This document shows positions 10,262 to 21,023 of a DNA stretch of 64,000 bases, in pieces (position 1 is the stretch's first letter; each line of letters begins with the position of its first letter). The position numbers and the translations under genes are program-made. The notes under the pieces were generated by a model. The model was not told the origin of the DNA. It did not search any database and saw only the letters and a program-made list of their open reading frames with translations. The DNA comes from an uncultured Methanosarcinaceae archaeon (GTDB taxonomy: Archaea; Halobacteriota; Methanosarcinia; Methanosarcinales; Methanosarcinaceae): contig CAVSHT010000011.1 in the NCBI GenBank assembly GCA_963727895.1, forward strand, positions 256,001-320,000, in the 5' to 3' direction.

Positions 10262-10593
10262 GTTTTAGGGGTAAGTCACGTTTCTGTCCAAAGATGGATA
10301 AAGAAATTTGGTCAGGAGTTAGAGGACCTAAAAATTGAAGAAAAAAGATATTGGAGAAGTGATGACAGATCACTAGAGAGCATATGCAGAGTTTCTTCCA
10401 GAAAAGAGTCATACTCAATCAAAAGCAGAAACATTTACAGTTGAGGGATATAACAGCATATTGAGGTATTTTCTGGCAAGGTTGAGAAGAAAGACAAAGT
10501 GTTATACAAAAAGTCTTGAAATGCTAAAGTACTCGGTTATTCTATTGATGAAATACAGAAATAAAGAACTAGATATAGTTAAGTAACAATGCC
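10262..10593 (+). mobile_element. IS1-family remnant, 5'-truncated with an internal deletion
   Basis: Near-identical to the other IS1 copies; ends in GTAACAATGCC; about 165 bp missing at ~10335. Confidence 0.9.
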
Positions 10594-10616
10594 GAATATT
10601 TTAATATTGGCATCTT

Positions 10617-10668
10617 ACTGCGGGCAGCTTGCAAGCTTCAGAATTAGGTTTCTAATCCTGCCCGCAGT
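10617..10668. terminator. GC-rich stem-loop downstream of the small heat-shock gene
   Basis: Perfect 11-bp inverted repeat ACTGCGGGCAG / CTGCCCGCAGT enclosing two small hairpins. Confidence 0.45.
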
Positions 10669-10770
10669 GTTTTGTTAACTCTGAACGTTTTTAATGTTGA
10701 ATTTATCCTAAATTCAGATTTTCTAGACTATCTATATGATAATGGACATATTCGTCTTCTGAACGCTGGT

Positions 10771-11229
10771 TTACTCAATCTGAATCTTTTTACTGGTTAT
10801 AGATTTCGTTTTAGGCAGCGTAACAGTTAAGACCCCATTTTTGAGCTGTGCAGTTGCACCTTCTTCGGTTACGCCATCGGGAAGAGGAATTTCACGGTAA
10901 TAGCGCATGAAAGATCTCTCTTTTCTGAGATAACCTTCTTTTTCGGTCTCTTCTTCGTTTCCTTTTCCTGCACTAATCACCAGAACATTATCTTTTAGAT
11001 CGAGCTCAACGTTTTCCTTGTCAACCCCAGGAAGATCAGTTGTCACAATAACTTTATCGTCTTCTTCCGCAACATCGGTTAGCGGAGAAAAAGTATCTGT
11101 TCCAAATCGGCTTTCCATTGTAGGGAAAGGTCTGAACATCTGTTCCATATAATTCTGCATTCTTCTGATCTCATCAAACGGGTCCCAGTTATACATCTCA
11201 CGATCTGTTCTTTTTATTGGAAATTTCAT
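10771..11229 (-). CDS. Small heat shock protein Hsp20/alpha-crystallin
   Basis: DLPGVDKENV, YLRKERS, AQLKNGVLTVTLPK. Confidence 0.96.
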   Translation of the reverse strand: MKFPIKRTDREMYNWDPFDEIRRMQNYMEQMFRPFPTMESRFGTDTFSPLTDVAEEDDKVIVTTDLPGVDKENVELDLKDNVLVISAGKGNEEETEKEGYLRKERSFMRYYREIPLPDGVTEEGATAQLKNGVLTVTLPKTKSITSKKIQIE

Positions 11230-11610
11230 ATACAGATTCCTTCTTATTTTTGGATGTCAAGTTTATTTTTACTCAATTTCCCTGGTTTTTATTTGATTTT
11301 CCTATTTTTGTGATATGTAAATTTAATATTCGCTTAGAACAGTTTTTATTCCTTGATTTCAGAAAACTGCCTGAAAGGCATGGAAAAGAGTAATCGTACA
11401 GAGGCTCATTTTCACTCTTTTCCTCTTCTTGCAGGTATTATGAAAGAGAGTTTAAGGCTCTCAAGGCTCTTCGAAGGAGGAATAAATCCGTTTTTGAAGG
11501 CGTTAACAGGTTCGTCTTCTGTCTGTTCTCAGGTACTTGTAACATAACTTGCGGGTTGTACTTACAGTATTCATTAAATGATTTTGTAAGGGCATTAGTG
11601 TTCCGCAGTT

Positions 11611-11645
11611 ACTATCCAATGGATAGTGTTATTACTATATAAAAG
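11611..11645 (-). promoter_or_regulatory. Putative TATA box with an adjacent palindromic operator upstream of hsp20
   Basis: ACTATCCA-A-TGGATAGT (11611-11627) lies just downstream of a minus-strand TTTTATATAG (~11635-11644). Confidence 0.45.
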
Positions 11646-11914
11646 TTTTCATTATATTGGCTTAATAACCACAAAATAAATAGAAATATCAAGAAAATTG
11701 TATAATTTTCGAGAGAAAAAATACATAGTATTCAGGAAAAAAATTTTGGTTAGAACTGATGGTCAAAATTAAATTAATATCTTTCAATATAGATGTAGGA
11801 AAATTATTGAATTAAACAAGTATTAGAAATTGTCAATGTGTTTTGCCATAATTCATGAAAAGCTTTTCCGATAATCAAAGCTTCCTTATTTCAAGATTTA
11901 AGTTTGTCAAATAT

Positions 11915-12370
11915 TCAAATATATTTGAGTTTATCACATTCCATTAAAATCTGTATGTGCTCCGTATACTCATCAACCTCTTCGCCAATAGCTACAAATC
12001 CACACATTTCATAAAAACGAAAAGCACGTTTATTTTCTTTGTATACTTTTAAGGAGAGATTTCCTTTCAGGATTTTTGCGTGCTCCATAAGAGCTCTACC
12101 AATTCCTTTGCCCTGCATTTCCTGTGTCACAAAGAGAGCACAAACTCTTTCCCCAACAATAGAGATGAAACCTGCTATCTGCTCTTTCTCCTGATAAATA
12201 AAATTTTCGGCAAGAGGTAGGTACTTATCTTTCATTTCACTTTTTTGCAAAGCCCAAAATGATGCAGGGACAAAGGAATGAGCAATGATGGAAGCTTCAT
12301 ACCATATTCGTACCATATCTTCAAGATCAGTTTTACTGTAACTTCGGATCAATCTATCAGTTTCCTGCAT
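11915..12370 (-). CDS. GNAT N-acetyltransferase (YiaC-like)
   Basis: ALFV..MQGKGIGRAL, LKVYKENKRAFRFYEMCGF. Confidence 0.92.
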   Translation of the reverse strand: MQETDRLIRSYSKTDLEDMVRIWYEASIIAHSFVPASFWALQKSEMKDKYLPLAENFIYQEKEQIAGFISIVGERVCALFVTQEMQGKGIGRALMEHAKILKGNLSLKVYKENKRAFRFYEMCGFVAIGEEVDEYTEHIQILMECDKLKYI

Positions 12371-12695
12371 TTTCAGATTAACTTGGTTTTTCCTATAATT
12401 TTTAAATATTTATTTGCTATAATTGAAGGTTAATCTGCCTTTTTTTTCAAGGCTCTTTACTCGTAAAGTTAAATAATATTTTCATAAATCCAGTATATAA
12501 CCTGACATTAACCTGATATCACCTGAAAAATCCTTGATTCTGAGAACTGTTACGAAAAAGTGAGGAAAAAAGTAAGGTATATATAGATGGAGAATATTCT
12601 AAAAAATGCCAGACCGAAAGAGCTTCGATCTGATAAAGGATTTTCATGAAAATTGGTCCGAATAAAAAGAAAAAGTCGGAAAAACTTTCTATATT

Positions 12696-12866
12696 TCAAT
12701 CCATTGACTCGATTTGGTGGATCAAGTCATTGGTATACTTTTCAGAGAACCCTTCATGTGGATTGCACGGAACGATCTTTACCAGCTTCCCATATCTGGA
12801 TACGTACATGTCAGGTCCATGTGAAGTTCTCACTTTTGTAAACGTGTATCCGTTCACAAGGGTCAT
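12696..12866 (-). CDS. Small hypothetical protein (56 aa)
   Basis: GGAGGT RBS 7 nt before the ATG at 12866; protein-like composition. Confidence 0.55.
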   Translation of the reverse strand: MTLVNGYTFTKVRTSHGPDMYVSRYGKLVKIVPCNPHEGFSEKYTNDLIHQIESMD

Positions 12867-13260
12867 TCTTTTAACCTCCAATAGTAATTATATAGGGCAT
12901 TCTATATTAAAATTTTTTTCCTTAATAATCATTATAGATTATAGCTTTTGGTATCGAAATAAACTTCAAACTAATTCCAATCGAGATATAATTATATAAT
13001 ATATAAAAAAGAAGTTCATAAAGATTTTTGAAAAATAAAGGTCATATTTAAAACCTGTTAACCAAAACTTGTTAATTTGGTTATTATTTAATACTTGTTT
13101 TCTGAAATATCCAGTCCTTCGATAGCAAGTTCTGTACAATAAAAACAGTTAGAGGAAAAGAATCTCACTCAGAACCAAAGACCAATGCTATAAAAATCAC
13201 TACTAAAAAAGAGTAGGGTCGGAAAAGTTATAGCCCCAAAAAATTTGGAACTAATTGGAG

Positions 13261-13683
13261 TTAACACATTTTCTCTATTACCTTAGACAATTCATCTTCA
13301 TCTCTTGCAAGGGCAACTATAGCCATCTCAATCATCAGATTAACAATCCCATTAGATAGAGATCTAAAATCAGTCCTTAGACCTACAATAGGCTTTCCTT
13401 TTGCATAAGCATAACCGATCTCCCATGCCGTTCCTGAGTCTACATCTACCCCATCAAGGACTGCAACTACAATGTCTGAGCTGTCAACTCCTTCTACACA
13501 TTTTTTGAAAATGCACTCCTGATTCTGGCTTTCACGCTCAGATGTAGTATCCTCTGCGTCTTCCTGAGGCAAAAAAACTAAAATTTTTTTTTTGACCAGC
13601 AAATCCTTAATTTTAAGGTTATATTCAAGTTCCGCATGGGTGAAAAGTGGACCTGCAAGGTAAATTTTCTTTTTTGTACTCAT
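13261..13683 (-). CDS. Nucleoside 2-deoxyribosyltransferase family protein
   Basis: IYLAGPLF, DSGTAWEIGYAYAKGKP, NLM. Confidence 0.92.
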   Translation of the reverse strand: MSTKKKIYLAGPLFTHAELEYNLKIKDLLVKKKILVFLPQEDAEDTTSERESQNQECIFKKCVEGVDSSDIVVAVLDGVDVDSGTAWEIGYAYAKGKPIVGLRTDFRSLSNGIVNLMIEMAIVALARDEDELSKVIEKMC

Positions 13684-14230
13684 TTTTCTTCCTTTCACAT
13701 CAGAGTATAAATATAACAAATTTTGATATAATAAGAGGGGCTAAAGGTAAAATAGTTTATCTGTGAATTTATTTTTATAGTACTCAGTGCCTTAATTTTT
13801 GGCTACGAGACATTTTAATCCTCAAAATTCTCAGTTCTGGATACACCGGAGAAAATATTATGCCTGATTTTTAAAGAAAGCGGGCTTCCACCAGTTAATT
13901 ATGGTCTTTAGCATGAGATTTAAATAAAAGATATCAATTCTAATAATCAGCAACTTTTACTTAAAGTTTGTATTTTATGGGTATTAAATCAAATATCCTA
14001 ATTTATGTATTTAAAGAGAATATTTATATAAATATTGATTTGAACGAAAATCATTCTATAGATATTGATTTTAAATAGCATTTCCATTCAAATATGAGTT
14101 TAAGATTAATAATGTAGTTATAGAAAATTTCACTGTAAGAATATATGATTTTAGAAACCAACAGCAAAAAATTTTATATTTAGTTTAATAATAAACAAAT
14201 TTAATTATATTTTATTAATATATATAGGCA

Positions 14231-15253
14231 GTGACAGTTATGATCAAGGCTGGAATTATAGGAGCTTCAGGATATACAGGAGGAGAACTCTTACGCTTGC
14301 TTGTCAATCATCCAGATGTTAAACTGGAGCTGGCAACTTCCAGAAGCCTTGCAGGAAAGCCGGTAACAAGTACACATAAGCATCTTGAAGGTTTCCTGGA
14401 TCTTAAGTATGAAAATCCTGATTCTGAAGATATCAAAGAACGCTGTGACGTAGTTTTTCTTGCAGTACCACACGGATCTGCTATGAACTATGTCCCTGAT
14501 TTGCTTGATGGCCACACCAGGATTGTCGACCTTAGCGCAGACTATAGGCTTGAAACTTCAAAATTTGAAAAAATATATGGGATAAAACACAGCGATCCAA
14601 GGAGTTCTGTTTATGGACTTGTAGAGCTTCATCCCGAAGTATCAAAGGAAAATTTCGTGGCAAACCCAGGATGCTTTCCAACAGGAGCAACTCTTGCAGC
14701 AGCTCCTCTTGCAGCAGCTGGACTTATTGACATTGCAATTTTTGATTCCAAAACAGGAATTTCGGGAGCTGGCATTGCACCTACTCAGAATTCACATTAT
14801 CCAAACCTCGCGGAAAATATAATCCCATATAAACTCACAACTCACAGGCACAGAGCTGAGATCGTCCAGGAACTGACGAGACTTGATGGAAAGATTAAGA
14901 ACATCAATTTCACTCCCCACGTAATTCCATCTATAAGGGGAATCTTTACAACGGCTCACCTCTTTACAAAAGAATCTCTTTCCACGGACGACTTAAAGGC
15001 AATTTACGAAGGATTTTACAGAGATAAGCCGTTTATCAGGTTCACTTCAGGAGTCCCTTCCCTTACTGCAGTAAGGGGCTCTAACTTTTGCGATATAAGC
15101 TTTGAAGTAGACAAAGAAACTAATAGAGTTGTAGTGCTTTCGGCAATCGATAACCTTGTCAAAGGCGCATCAGGACAGGCTGTCCAAAATATGAACCTCA
15201 TGTTTGGATTGAAAGAGACCAGTGGACTATGGATGCCTGCTGCAGCTCCGTAA
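14231..15253 (+). CDS. argC: N-acetyl-gamma-glutamyl-phosphate reductase
   Basis: GASGYTGGEL, ANPGCFPT, DNLVKGASGQA. Confidence 0.97.
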   Translation: MTVMIKAGIIGASGYTGGELLRLLVNHPDVKLELATSRSLAGKPVTSTHKHLEGFLDLKYENPDSEDIKERCDVVFLAVPHGSAMNYVPDLLDGHTRIVDLSADYRLETSKFEKIYGIKHSDPRSSVYGLVELHPEVSKENFVANPGCFPTGATLAAAPLAAAGLIDIAIFDSKTGISGAGIAPTQNSHYPNLAENIIPYKLTTHRHRAEIVQELTRLDGKIKNINFTPHVIPSIRGIFTTAHLFTKESLSTDDLKAIYEGFYRDKPFIRFTSGVPSLTAVRGSNFCDISFEVDKETNRVVVLSAIDNLVKGASGQAVQNMNLMFGLKETSGLWMPAAAP

Positions 15254-15327
15254 ACAAAGTCCAAGCGAGAAAATATAACTGGTGACAGGTTAAAATAAAG
15301 AATGAAATTATCTCAAGGGGTAGTCAG

Positions 15328-15795
15328 ATGAAGGTAAAAGATGTCATGAACTCTAACGTTGTTTTCTGTAAGCCTGATGATACAGTTCGAGAAGCGGCAA
15401 AAATATTGAAGGAAAACAGTATCAGTGGAGCTCCTGTCCTTGAAGACGAAGAGCTTGTAGGAATAATAAGTGAAGCAGATCTGCTAAAACTGCTGATACT
15501 CCCTGAAAAAGGGGAACTCTGGCTTCCAAGTCCCTTTGAGGTTATAGAGGTTCCTATAAGGGAACTTCTTGGCTGGGAGGAAACAAAAAAAATGCTCTCT
15601 GATGTAGGTTCTACAACAGTAGAAGAAATCATGACAAAAGAAGTGCACACGATATCCTCAGAAGCATCCGTGGAAGAAGCTTCTGAACACATGATAAGGC
15701 ACAGGATTAACAGACTTCCTGTAACTGATGAGGACAACCATGTAGTAGGTATTGTTACTCGCGGTGATATTATAGAAGGTCTTGCAAAACTCTGA
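15328..15795 (+). CDS. CBS-pair protein
   Basis: ISGAPV...LVGIISEADL; INRLPV...VGIVTRGDI. Confidence 0.92.
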   Translation: MKVKDVMNSNVVFCKPDDTVREAAKILKENSISGAPVLEDEELVGIISEADLLKLLILPEKGELWLPSPFEVIEVPIRELLGWEETKKMLSDVGSTTVEEIMTKEVHTISSEASVEEASEHMIRHRINRLPVTDEDNHVVGIVTRGDIIEGLAKL

Positions 15796-15814
15796 GGGAA
15801 AAGGAGAGTCTTTC

Positions 15815-17002
15815 ATGAAAGAAATAGAAGGTGGAATCTGTGCAGTAAAGGGTGTATCTGCAAACGGGATTAAAGCTGGAAAAATGGGATTGACTGTCAT
15901 TCATGCAGAAGGACCTGCAGCAGGCGTTTTTACAAAAAATAAAGTCATTGCAGCCCCAATTACTCTTAGTAAAGAAGTAATTGAAACCCATCACCATCTT
16001 TCTGCCGTAATTGCAAATAGCGGTAATGCTAACGCCTTTACAGGTGATGACGGTTTTCTGGATGCTATGGAAATGGCAACAATGCTTTCCCAAAGACTGG
16101 ACATTAAAGCTGATACGGTTGCCGTTGCCTCTACAGGAGTAATTGGCAGAAGGCTTGATGTATCCCAGATTAGTGAACTTCTTCCTGAAGTCCTTAAAGG
16201 GTTGGGTAGTTCTCCGGAATGCAGTCAGAAAGCTGCAAAAGCGATAATGACTACTGATAAGGTCGTAAAAGAAGTAGCCATTGAGATGGATTGTGGGATC
16301 AGGATAGGTGCCATTGCTAAAGGTTCAGGGATGATCGAACCCAATATGGGAACTATGCTCTGTTTTGCATATACCGATGCAAAAGTGCCTGCTGATGTAC
16401 TGGATGCTGCCCTGAGGATAGCAATGGATAAAACCTTCAATATGGTTGTAGTGGACGGAGACACAAGTACGAATGATATGGTGCTCCTTACCTCAACCTG
16501 CAAGTCTGGAATCAAGCCCTGCATGGATTGTCTGGATGATTTTGAAGAGGGGTTGATTTATGTATTTACAGAGCTTGCAAAGAAAATGGCAAAAGACGGC
16601 GAAGGGGCTACAAAACTCATCGAAGCAAAGGTAGTGGGTGCAAAAACTCATGAGGACGCTAAACTTGCAGCAAAAGCCATTGTACGTTCCCCTTTGGTAA
16701 AATCCGCAATTTTCGGGAAAGATCCAAACTGGGGACGGGTTGTAGCTGCTGCAGGATATTCAGGTGCTGAACTTGAGCAGGAAAAGCTTTCTCTTTCATT
16801 CTCAGGAGGCGGGGAGAAAGTAGAACTTGTAACATCCGGTGAAATATCCAGTTCGTCAGATCTTGAGCTATTGAAAAAGATAATGGAAAATGAAGAAATT
16901 TTCATCACTCTTGACCTTAATCAAGGAAATGAACAGGCAACAGCCTGGGGTTGCGACCTGACTTATGATTATGTGAGAATCAACGCTGAATATACGACTT
17001 GA
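15815..17002 (+). CDS. argJ: Ornithine acetyltransferase
   Basis: NSGNANAFTG, KGSGMIEPNMGTML, DGDTSTND, YVRINAEYTT. Confidence 0.97.
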   Translation: MKEIEGGICAVKGVSANGIKAGKMGLTVIHAEGPAAGVFTKNKVIAAPITLSKEVIETHHHLSAVIANSGNANAFTGDDGFLDAMEMATMLSQRLDIKADTVAVASTGVIGRRLDVSQISELLPEVLKGLGSSPECSQKAAKAIMTTDKVVKEVAIEMDCGIRIGAIAKGSGMIEPNMGTMLCFAYTDAKVPADVLDAALRIAMDKTFNMVVVDGDTSTNDMVLLTSTCKSGIKPCMDCLDDFEEGLIYVFTELAKKMAKDGEGATKLIEAKVVGAKTHEDAKLAAKAIVRSPLVKSAIFGKDPNWGRVVAAAGYSGAELEQEKLSLSFSGGGEKVELVTSGEISSSSDLELLKKIMENEEIFITLDLNQGNEQATAWGCDLTYDYVRINAEYTT

Positions 17003-17148
17003 ATATTACGACTTAATTCAGTATTGAATATTTTGAAGGCAATCGAAAAATAAGCTATAAGTGAGTTCATTTTAGAAAAAATCAGGGTTTTCCCTGTTCC
17101 TAAAAATTATTTTTGGTCAAGATATGTATTTCCAGGGGGTTTTATTAC

Positions 17149-18621
17149 ATGGACATACAAGAATGGAACCAGCGTCACAGAGATGCTTTTTATAATGTCA
17201 AAGAAGAACTTCCTTATCTGGAAGGTATCTTTGTAGCTTATAATAGCAATATCGATGCTATCAAACACCTGACAGATAAAGACCTGTCGAAGTTAATAGG
17301 ACTTTTCAGCGAGGCTGAGATTCAGGCAAGGGTTGAAACATATCCTAGAGAGATAAATGAGCCTCTTGACTTCGTAGCTCGCCTGATAATTTCCATGCGA
17401 GAGGGAAAAGCCGCCGAAATCCCTGCTTATACTCCAACTATTCATGAATGGTTGAAAGAAAACCTTGGTTTTGACTATGCATGTATGGGAGGTCAGGCAG
17501 GAATTATTTCTAACCTTCTAGCCTCTCTTGGAGTAAATAAAGTGGTGGCTTATATTCCCTGGCTTTCTGAAGAACAGGCAGAGTATTTTGTCGCCTCTGA
17601 TAATCTTCTGCATCCAAAGGTAGAAGGAGAAAAAGTCGTTCTCAAACATCCTCAGGAAGCTTTCAAACCCGGCATAGAATCAAAAGTCAACTGGATCTTT
17701 GAATATTCAAAAGACCTGGAAATTACCTGTGGCGGAAGCAACTTCAAGGTGCCAAGAGATAACCGACTTATAATATCCTCCCGCCCAAAATGGCTCCGCC
17801 TGGATATGGACAGAGAAATCTATGAACATTTGGACTCACTTCTCCCCATTGACGGGGCAATGCTCTCTGGTTATCAGATGATAAAAGAGCAGTATGAGGA
17901 CGGATCTACCTATAAAGACTACGTTTCACATTCCATAAAAGCTATTGAGAAACTCAAGGCTTTAAATCCTGACCTACGAATCCACGTAGAGCTTACATCC
18001 ATACAGAATCGCGTAATACGAAAGGCTATATTAACAGAAATTGTTGCCAAACATGTTCATTCTCTTGGTCTTGATACTGTAGAAGTGGCAAATGCTCTGA
18101 ATGTCCTGGGACATGAAGAACTCTCTTACTCCGTAATAAAAAAAGAAGAAGACGGGATAACCTCTCTATATCATGGGGCTGTGCAACTTTTAAAGGACCT
18201 ATCCCTCGAAAGAGTACATGTTCATTCTCTTGGTTTTTATATATGTGTCCTTGCAAAAGGTCACCCTCTTACACTTAAAGAACAAAGGGATGCTCTACTA
18301 TTTTCTTCAACCCTTGCCAGTGCTAAAGCTCTTAAAGGAAATATTGAGACCCTTAAGGATGCAGAAGCAGGGCTGAAGGTTCCGGTTTCAAGTAAAGGCA
18401 TTGAAGATCTCGAGAACTTCAAACTTTACTGTACGGGGAAGAAACTCTGTACTCCTGAAGAGTTTGAATACGGATACCTCTATGGACCTGACCATGATGC
18501 AGTTTTAATCCCTTCTAAAGTGGTTGATAAACCCAAAGCAACAGTTGGAATAGGCGATGCGATCTCGGCAGGAGCTTTCATAGCCATGCTGGCAACAATG
18601 AAGAAGCAAAGGAAGGCATGA
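17149..18621 (+). CDS. pfkC: ADP-dependent phosphofructokinase
   Basis: YNSNIDA, MGGQAGI, NRLIISSRP, TVGIGDAIS. Confidence 0.88.
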   Translation: MDIQEWNQRHRDAFYNVKEELPYLEGIFVAYNSNIDAIKHLTDKDLSKLIGLFSEAEIQARVETYPREINEPLDFVARLIISMREGKAAEIPAYTPTIHEWLKENLGFDYACMGGQAGIISNLLASLGVNKVVAYIPWLSEEQAEYFVASDNLLHPKVEGEKVVLKHPQEAFKPGIESKVNWIFEYSKDLEITCGGSNFKVPRDNRLIISSRPKWLRLDMDREIYEHLDSLLPIDGAMLSGYQMIKEQYEDGSTYKDYVSHSIKAIEKLKALNPDLRIHVELTSIQNRVIRKAILTEIVAKHVHSLGLDTVEVANALNVLGHEELSYSVIKKEEDGITSLYHGAVQLLKDLSLERVHVHSLGFYICVLAKGHPLTLKEQRDALLFSSTLASAKALKGNIETLKDAEAGLKVPVSSKGIEDLENFKLYCTGKKLCTPEEFEYGYLYGPDHDAVLIPSKVVDKPKATVGIGDAISAGAFIAMLATMKKQRKA

Positions 18622-18693
18622 AAATAAATATTCTTTGAATTCCCTCAAAGCTTCTCACTCAACCTCCTATTCCATGGATAAGGAACTGGTTAG

Positions 18694-20130
18694 ATGAATA
18701 TTCTTTGTGGATATAATGTCAATATAGATTCAGTGTATAGGATCACTGGGGCCGAGATTTCGGAACTTCTGGAAACCTTCAAAGCGGCTGAAATGCTTGA
18801 TAAAATCCAGAATCCCCCTGGAAAAATATATTCAGAGGCAGATTTTGTAGCAGGACTTGTCTATTGTATGAAAAACGGATGTGGAGCCGAGTGGCTTATT
18901 TTTAACCAGTCCGTATTCGAGTTTATTAAAAACCGTTATTTTGGAAAATCTCTCGTAAGAATGGGAGGAAATGCAGGAATAATGGCAAACACTCTCTCCC
19001 AGATAGGCGTTTCCAGAGTAATTCCAAATGTAGCAGTTTCATCCAAAACCCAGCTTTCTCTCTTTTCAAAAAAAACAATCTACTTTCCAGAAAATATGTT
19101 GCAGACAATGGAAAACACAGTGAAAGATTCTGACGAAGATATAAGTGTTTTTTCCAGCAGCCATGAACCTATACATTTTGTATTTGATTTTTCAGAAGGA
19201 GAGACATTTTCTCTCTATGGAACAGAGATAAGGGTTCCAAGGGAAAATCGCTTCATAGCGACCTGGGATCATTTAAATCTCAGGCTTTTTGTCAATCCTG
19301 CATTTGAGCATTATGCCCTTCAACATGCTTGTGAGATTGATGGTGTACTTGTATCAGGTTTTCATCTTCTACTTGAAAATTATCTAGACGGCAAAACATA
19401 TAAAACAATTCTTGAAGATACTTTCAACCAGTTAAAAAGCTGGAAAAACAGAAACGTTAAGCTTCAAATTCATATTGAATTCGGACATTTTGCAAGTAAA
19501 GAAATTGCAAATTCAGTTTTTCTTAAGTTTGTAAAGTTTTCCGATAGCCTTGGAATGAATGAAGACGAACTTGAAATGCTTTCTAATTTACACGGAATCA
19601 AGAGAGAAGGACTTCAGCATATGGAGGCAGAAGCTATATCCAATGCAGCTTTCAGGTTGGCATCAAAGTACGGTCTTAAGAAACTCCTGATCCATATCAG
19701 AGAATTCGTACTGATTGCATTTAAAACCGATTTAAAACTTAATTCCAAATCCTGTCCTGAACTCGAACATGAATCTGAAACAGAAAGAGAATTACAGAAG
19801 GCAGCCGAAGAAAAACTTGAAGCCCTGAAGTTTGGAGTCAGATGTGCAGGCGTGTATGCAGCTTCAGGCAAGCTTGAAGGGCGAGAATTCGTTGAAAAGG
19901 AAGCTTCAAAACTTCAGGAAAGCCAGTTTGGAAGAGCGCAGATTGATTCTTTCCTGAAAGCTTTTAATGGAAAAACTTTAGGGGAGGGTGCTTACGTTTT
20001 AAAGGAGAATTATATCATTTGCATCTTGCCTACAATGCTTTCCAGATCTCCAGTAACCACAGTTGGACTGGGCGATACGTTAATTGCAGGGACTTTTCTC
20101 AGGGGGCTTGAGCTGGATGTACAAGCTTAA
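18694..20130 (+). CDS. ADP-dependent glucokinase-type paralogue
   Basis: YNVNID, MGGNAGIMAN, ENRFIATWD, HIEFG, TVGLGDT. Confidence 0.85.
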   Translation: MNILCGYNVNIDSVYRITGAEISELLETFKAAEMLDKIQNPPGKIYSEADFVAGLVYCMKNGCGAEWLIFNQSVFEFIKNRYFGKSLVRMGGNAGIMANTLSQIGVSRVIPNVAVSSKTQLSLFSKKTIYFPENMLQTMENTVKDSDEDISVFSSSHEPIHFVFDFSEGETFSLYGTEIRVPRENRFIATWDHLNLRLFVNPAFEHYALQHACEIDGVLVSGFHLLLENYLDGKTYKTILEDTFNQLKSWKNRNVKLQIHIEFGHFASKEIANSVFLKFVKFSDSLGMNEDELEMLSNLHGIKREGLQHMEAEAISNAAFRLASKYGLKKLLIHIREFVLIAFKTDLKLNSKSCPELEHESETERELQKAAEEKLEALKFGVRCAGVYAASGKLEGREFVEKEASKLQESQFGRAQIDSFLKAFNGKTLGEGAYVLKENYIICILPTMLSRSPVTTVGLGDTLIAGTFLRGLELDVQA

Positions 20131-20959
20131 CCTCGAACTTTTTGATCTCAACTATACTCTTGACTGCGGACAGGTTTTTCGCTGGGTACGAGCTGGAGAA
20201 TGGTGGACAGGCGTTGTTAGAGATCAGGTTATCCGGCTTTCGCAGGATCACAGACAATTGATTGTCGATTCAAAGCTTCAGCCCGAGTTTTTTAGTCGTT
20301 ATTTTCGCTTGGATGATAACTTACTTTCAGTCTATAAAAGCATAAACAAGGATCTGCTGATCGACAGGGCAATTCACAAATATAGTGGCATGCGGCTGAT
20401 CCGACAGGATCCATGGGAATGTCTGATCTCCTATATGCTCGCAACAGCCTCAAGTATTCCCACAATCCAGAAACGAATCTATCTTCTAAGCCAGTATTTT
20501 GGTCAAGAACTTGAACCAGGATATTTCAGCTTTCCTGATCCAGAAACTCTTGCAAATGCAAGTACTTACGAACTTGAAAAATGCAAGCTGGGTTTTAGGG
20601 CTCAGAACATAAGAGCCGCAGCTGAAGACGTAGCTTCAGGTGAGCTGGACCTTGACGTTCTTTTCCGCCTTGAGTACAAGTATTCGCGAGAACGCCTTAT
20701 GAGGCTTCGCGGCATAGGGGAAAAGGTTGCCGACTGCGTACTCCTTTTCGCTTTTGGGAAAATGGAATCTTTTCCCGTAGATACCCATATAAAACAGATC
20801 ATCCAGCATTACCACATAGATGACAGTTACTTTGAAACATGCAAAAACATGAGCTGTATGGGAGACTGGGGAAAAGAATATTTCGGACAGTACTGCGGGT
20901 ATGCCCAGGAGTATCTTTATTATCAGAAACGGATGGAAGGGTTTGTAAGTCTTTATTGA
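20117..20959 (+). CDS. 8-oxoguanine DNA glycosylase (OGG1-type HhH-GPD)
   Basis: TLDCGQVFRW, RQDPWECL, GIGEKVADCVLLF, FPVDTH. Confidence 0.92.
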   Translation: MYKLNLELFDLNYTLDCGQVFRWVRAGEWWTGVVRDQVIRLSQDHRQLIVDSKLQPEFFSRYFRLDDNLLSVYKSINKDLLIDRAIHKYSGMRLIRQDPWECLISYMLATASSIPTIQKRIYLLSQYFGQELEPGYFSFPDPETLANASTYELEKCKLGFRAQNIRAAAEDVASGELDLDVLFRLEYKYSRERLMRLRGIGEKVADCVLLFAFGKMESFPVDTHIKQIIQHYHIDDSYFETCKNMSCMGDWGKEYFGQYCGYAQEYLYYQKRMEGFVSLY

Positions 20960-21023
20960 ACTGGAATATGATTTTTTTATACTGTAATTCTATGCCATAG
21001 GTAAGATTAAAAAGAAATAGGAC

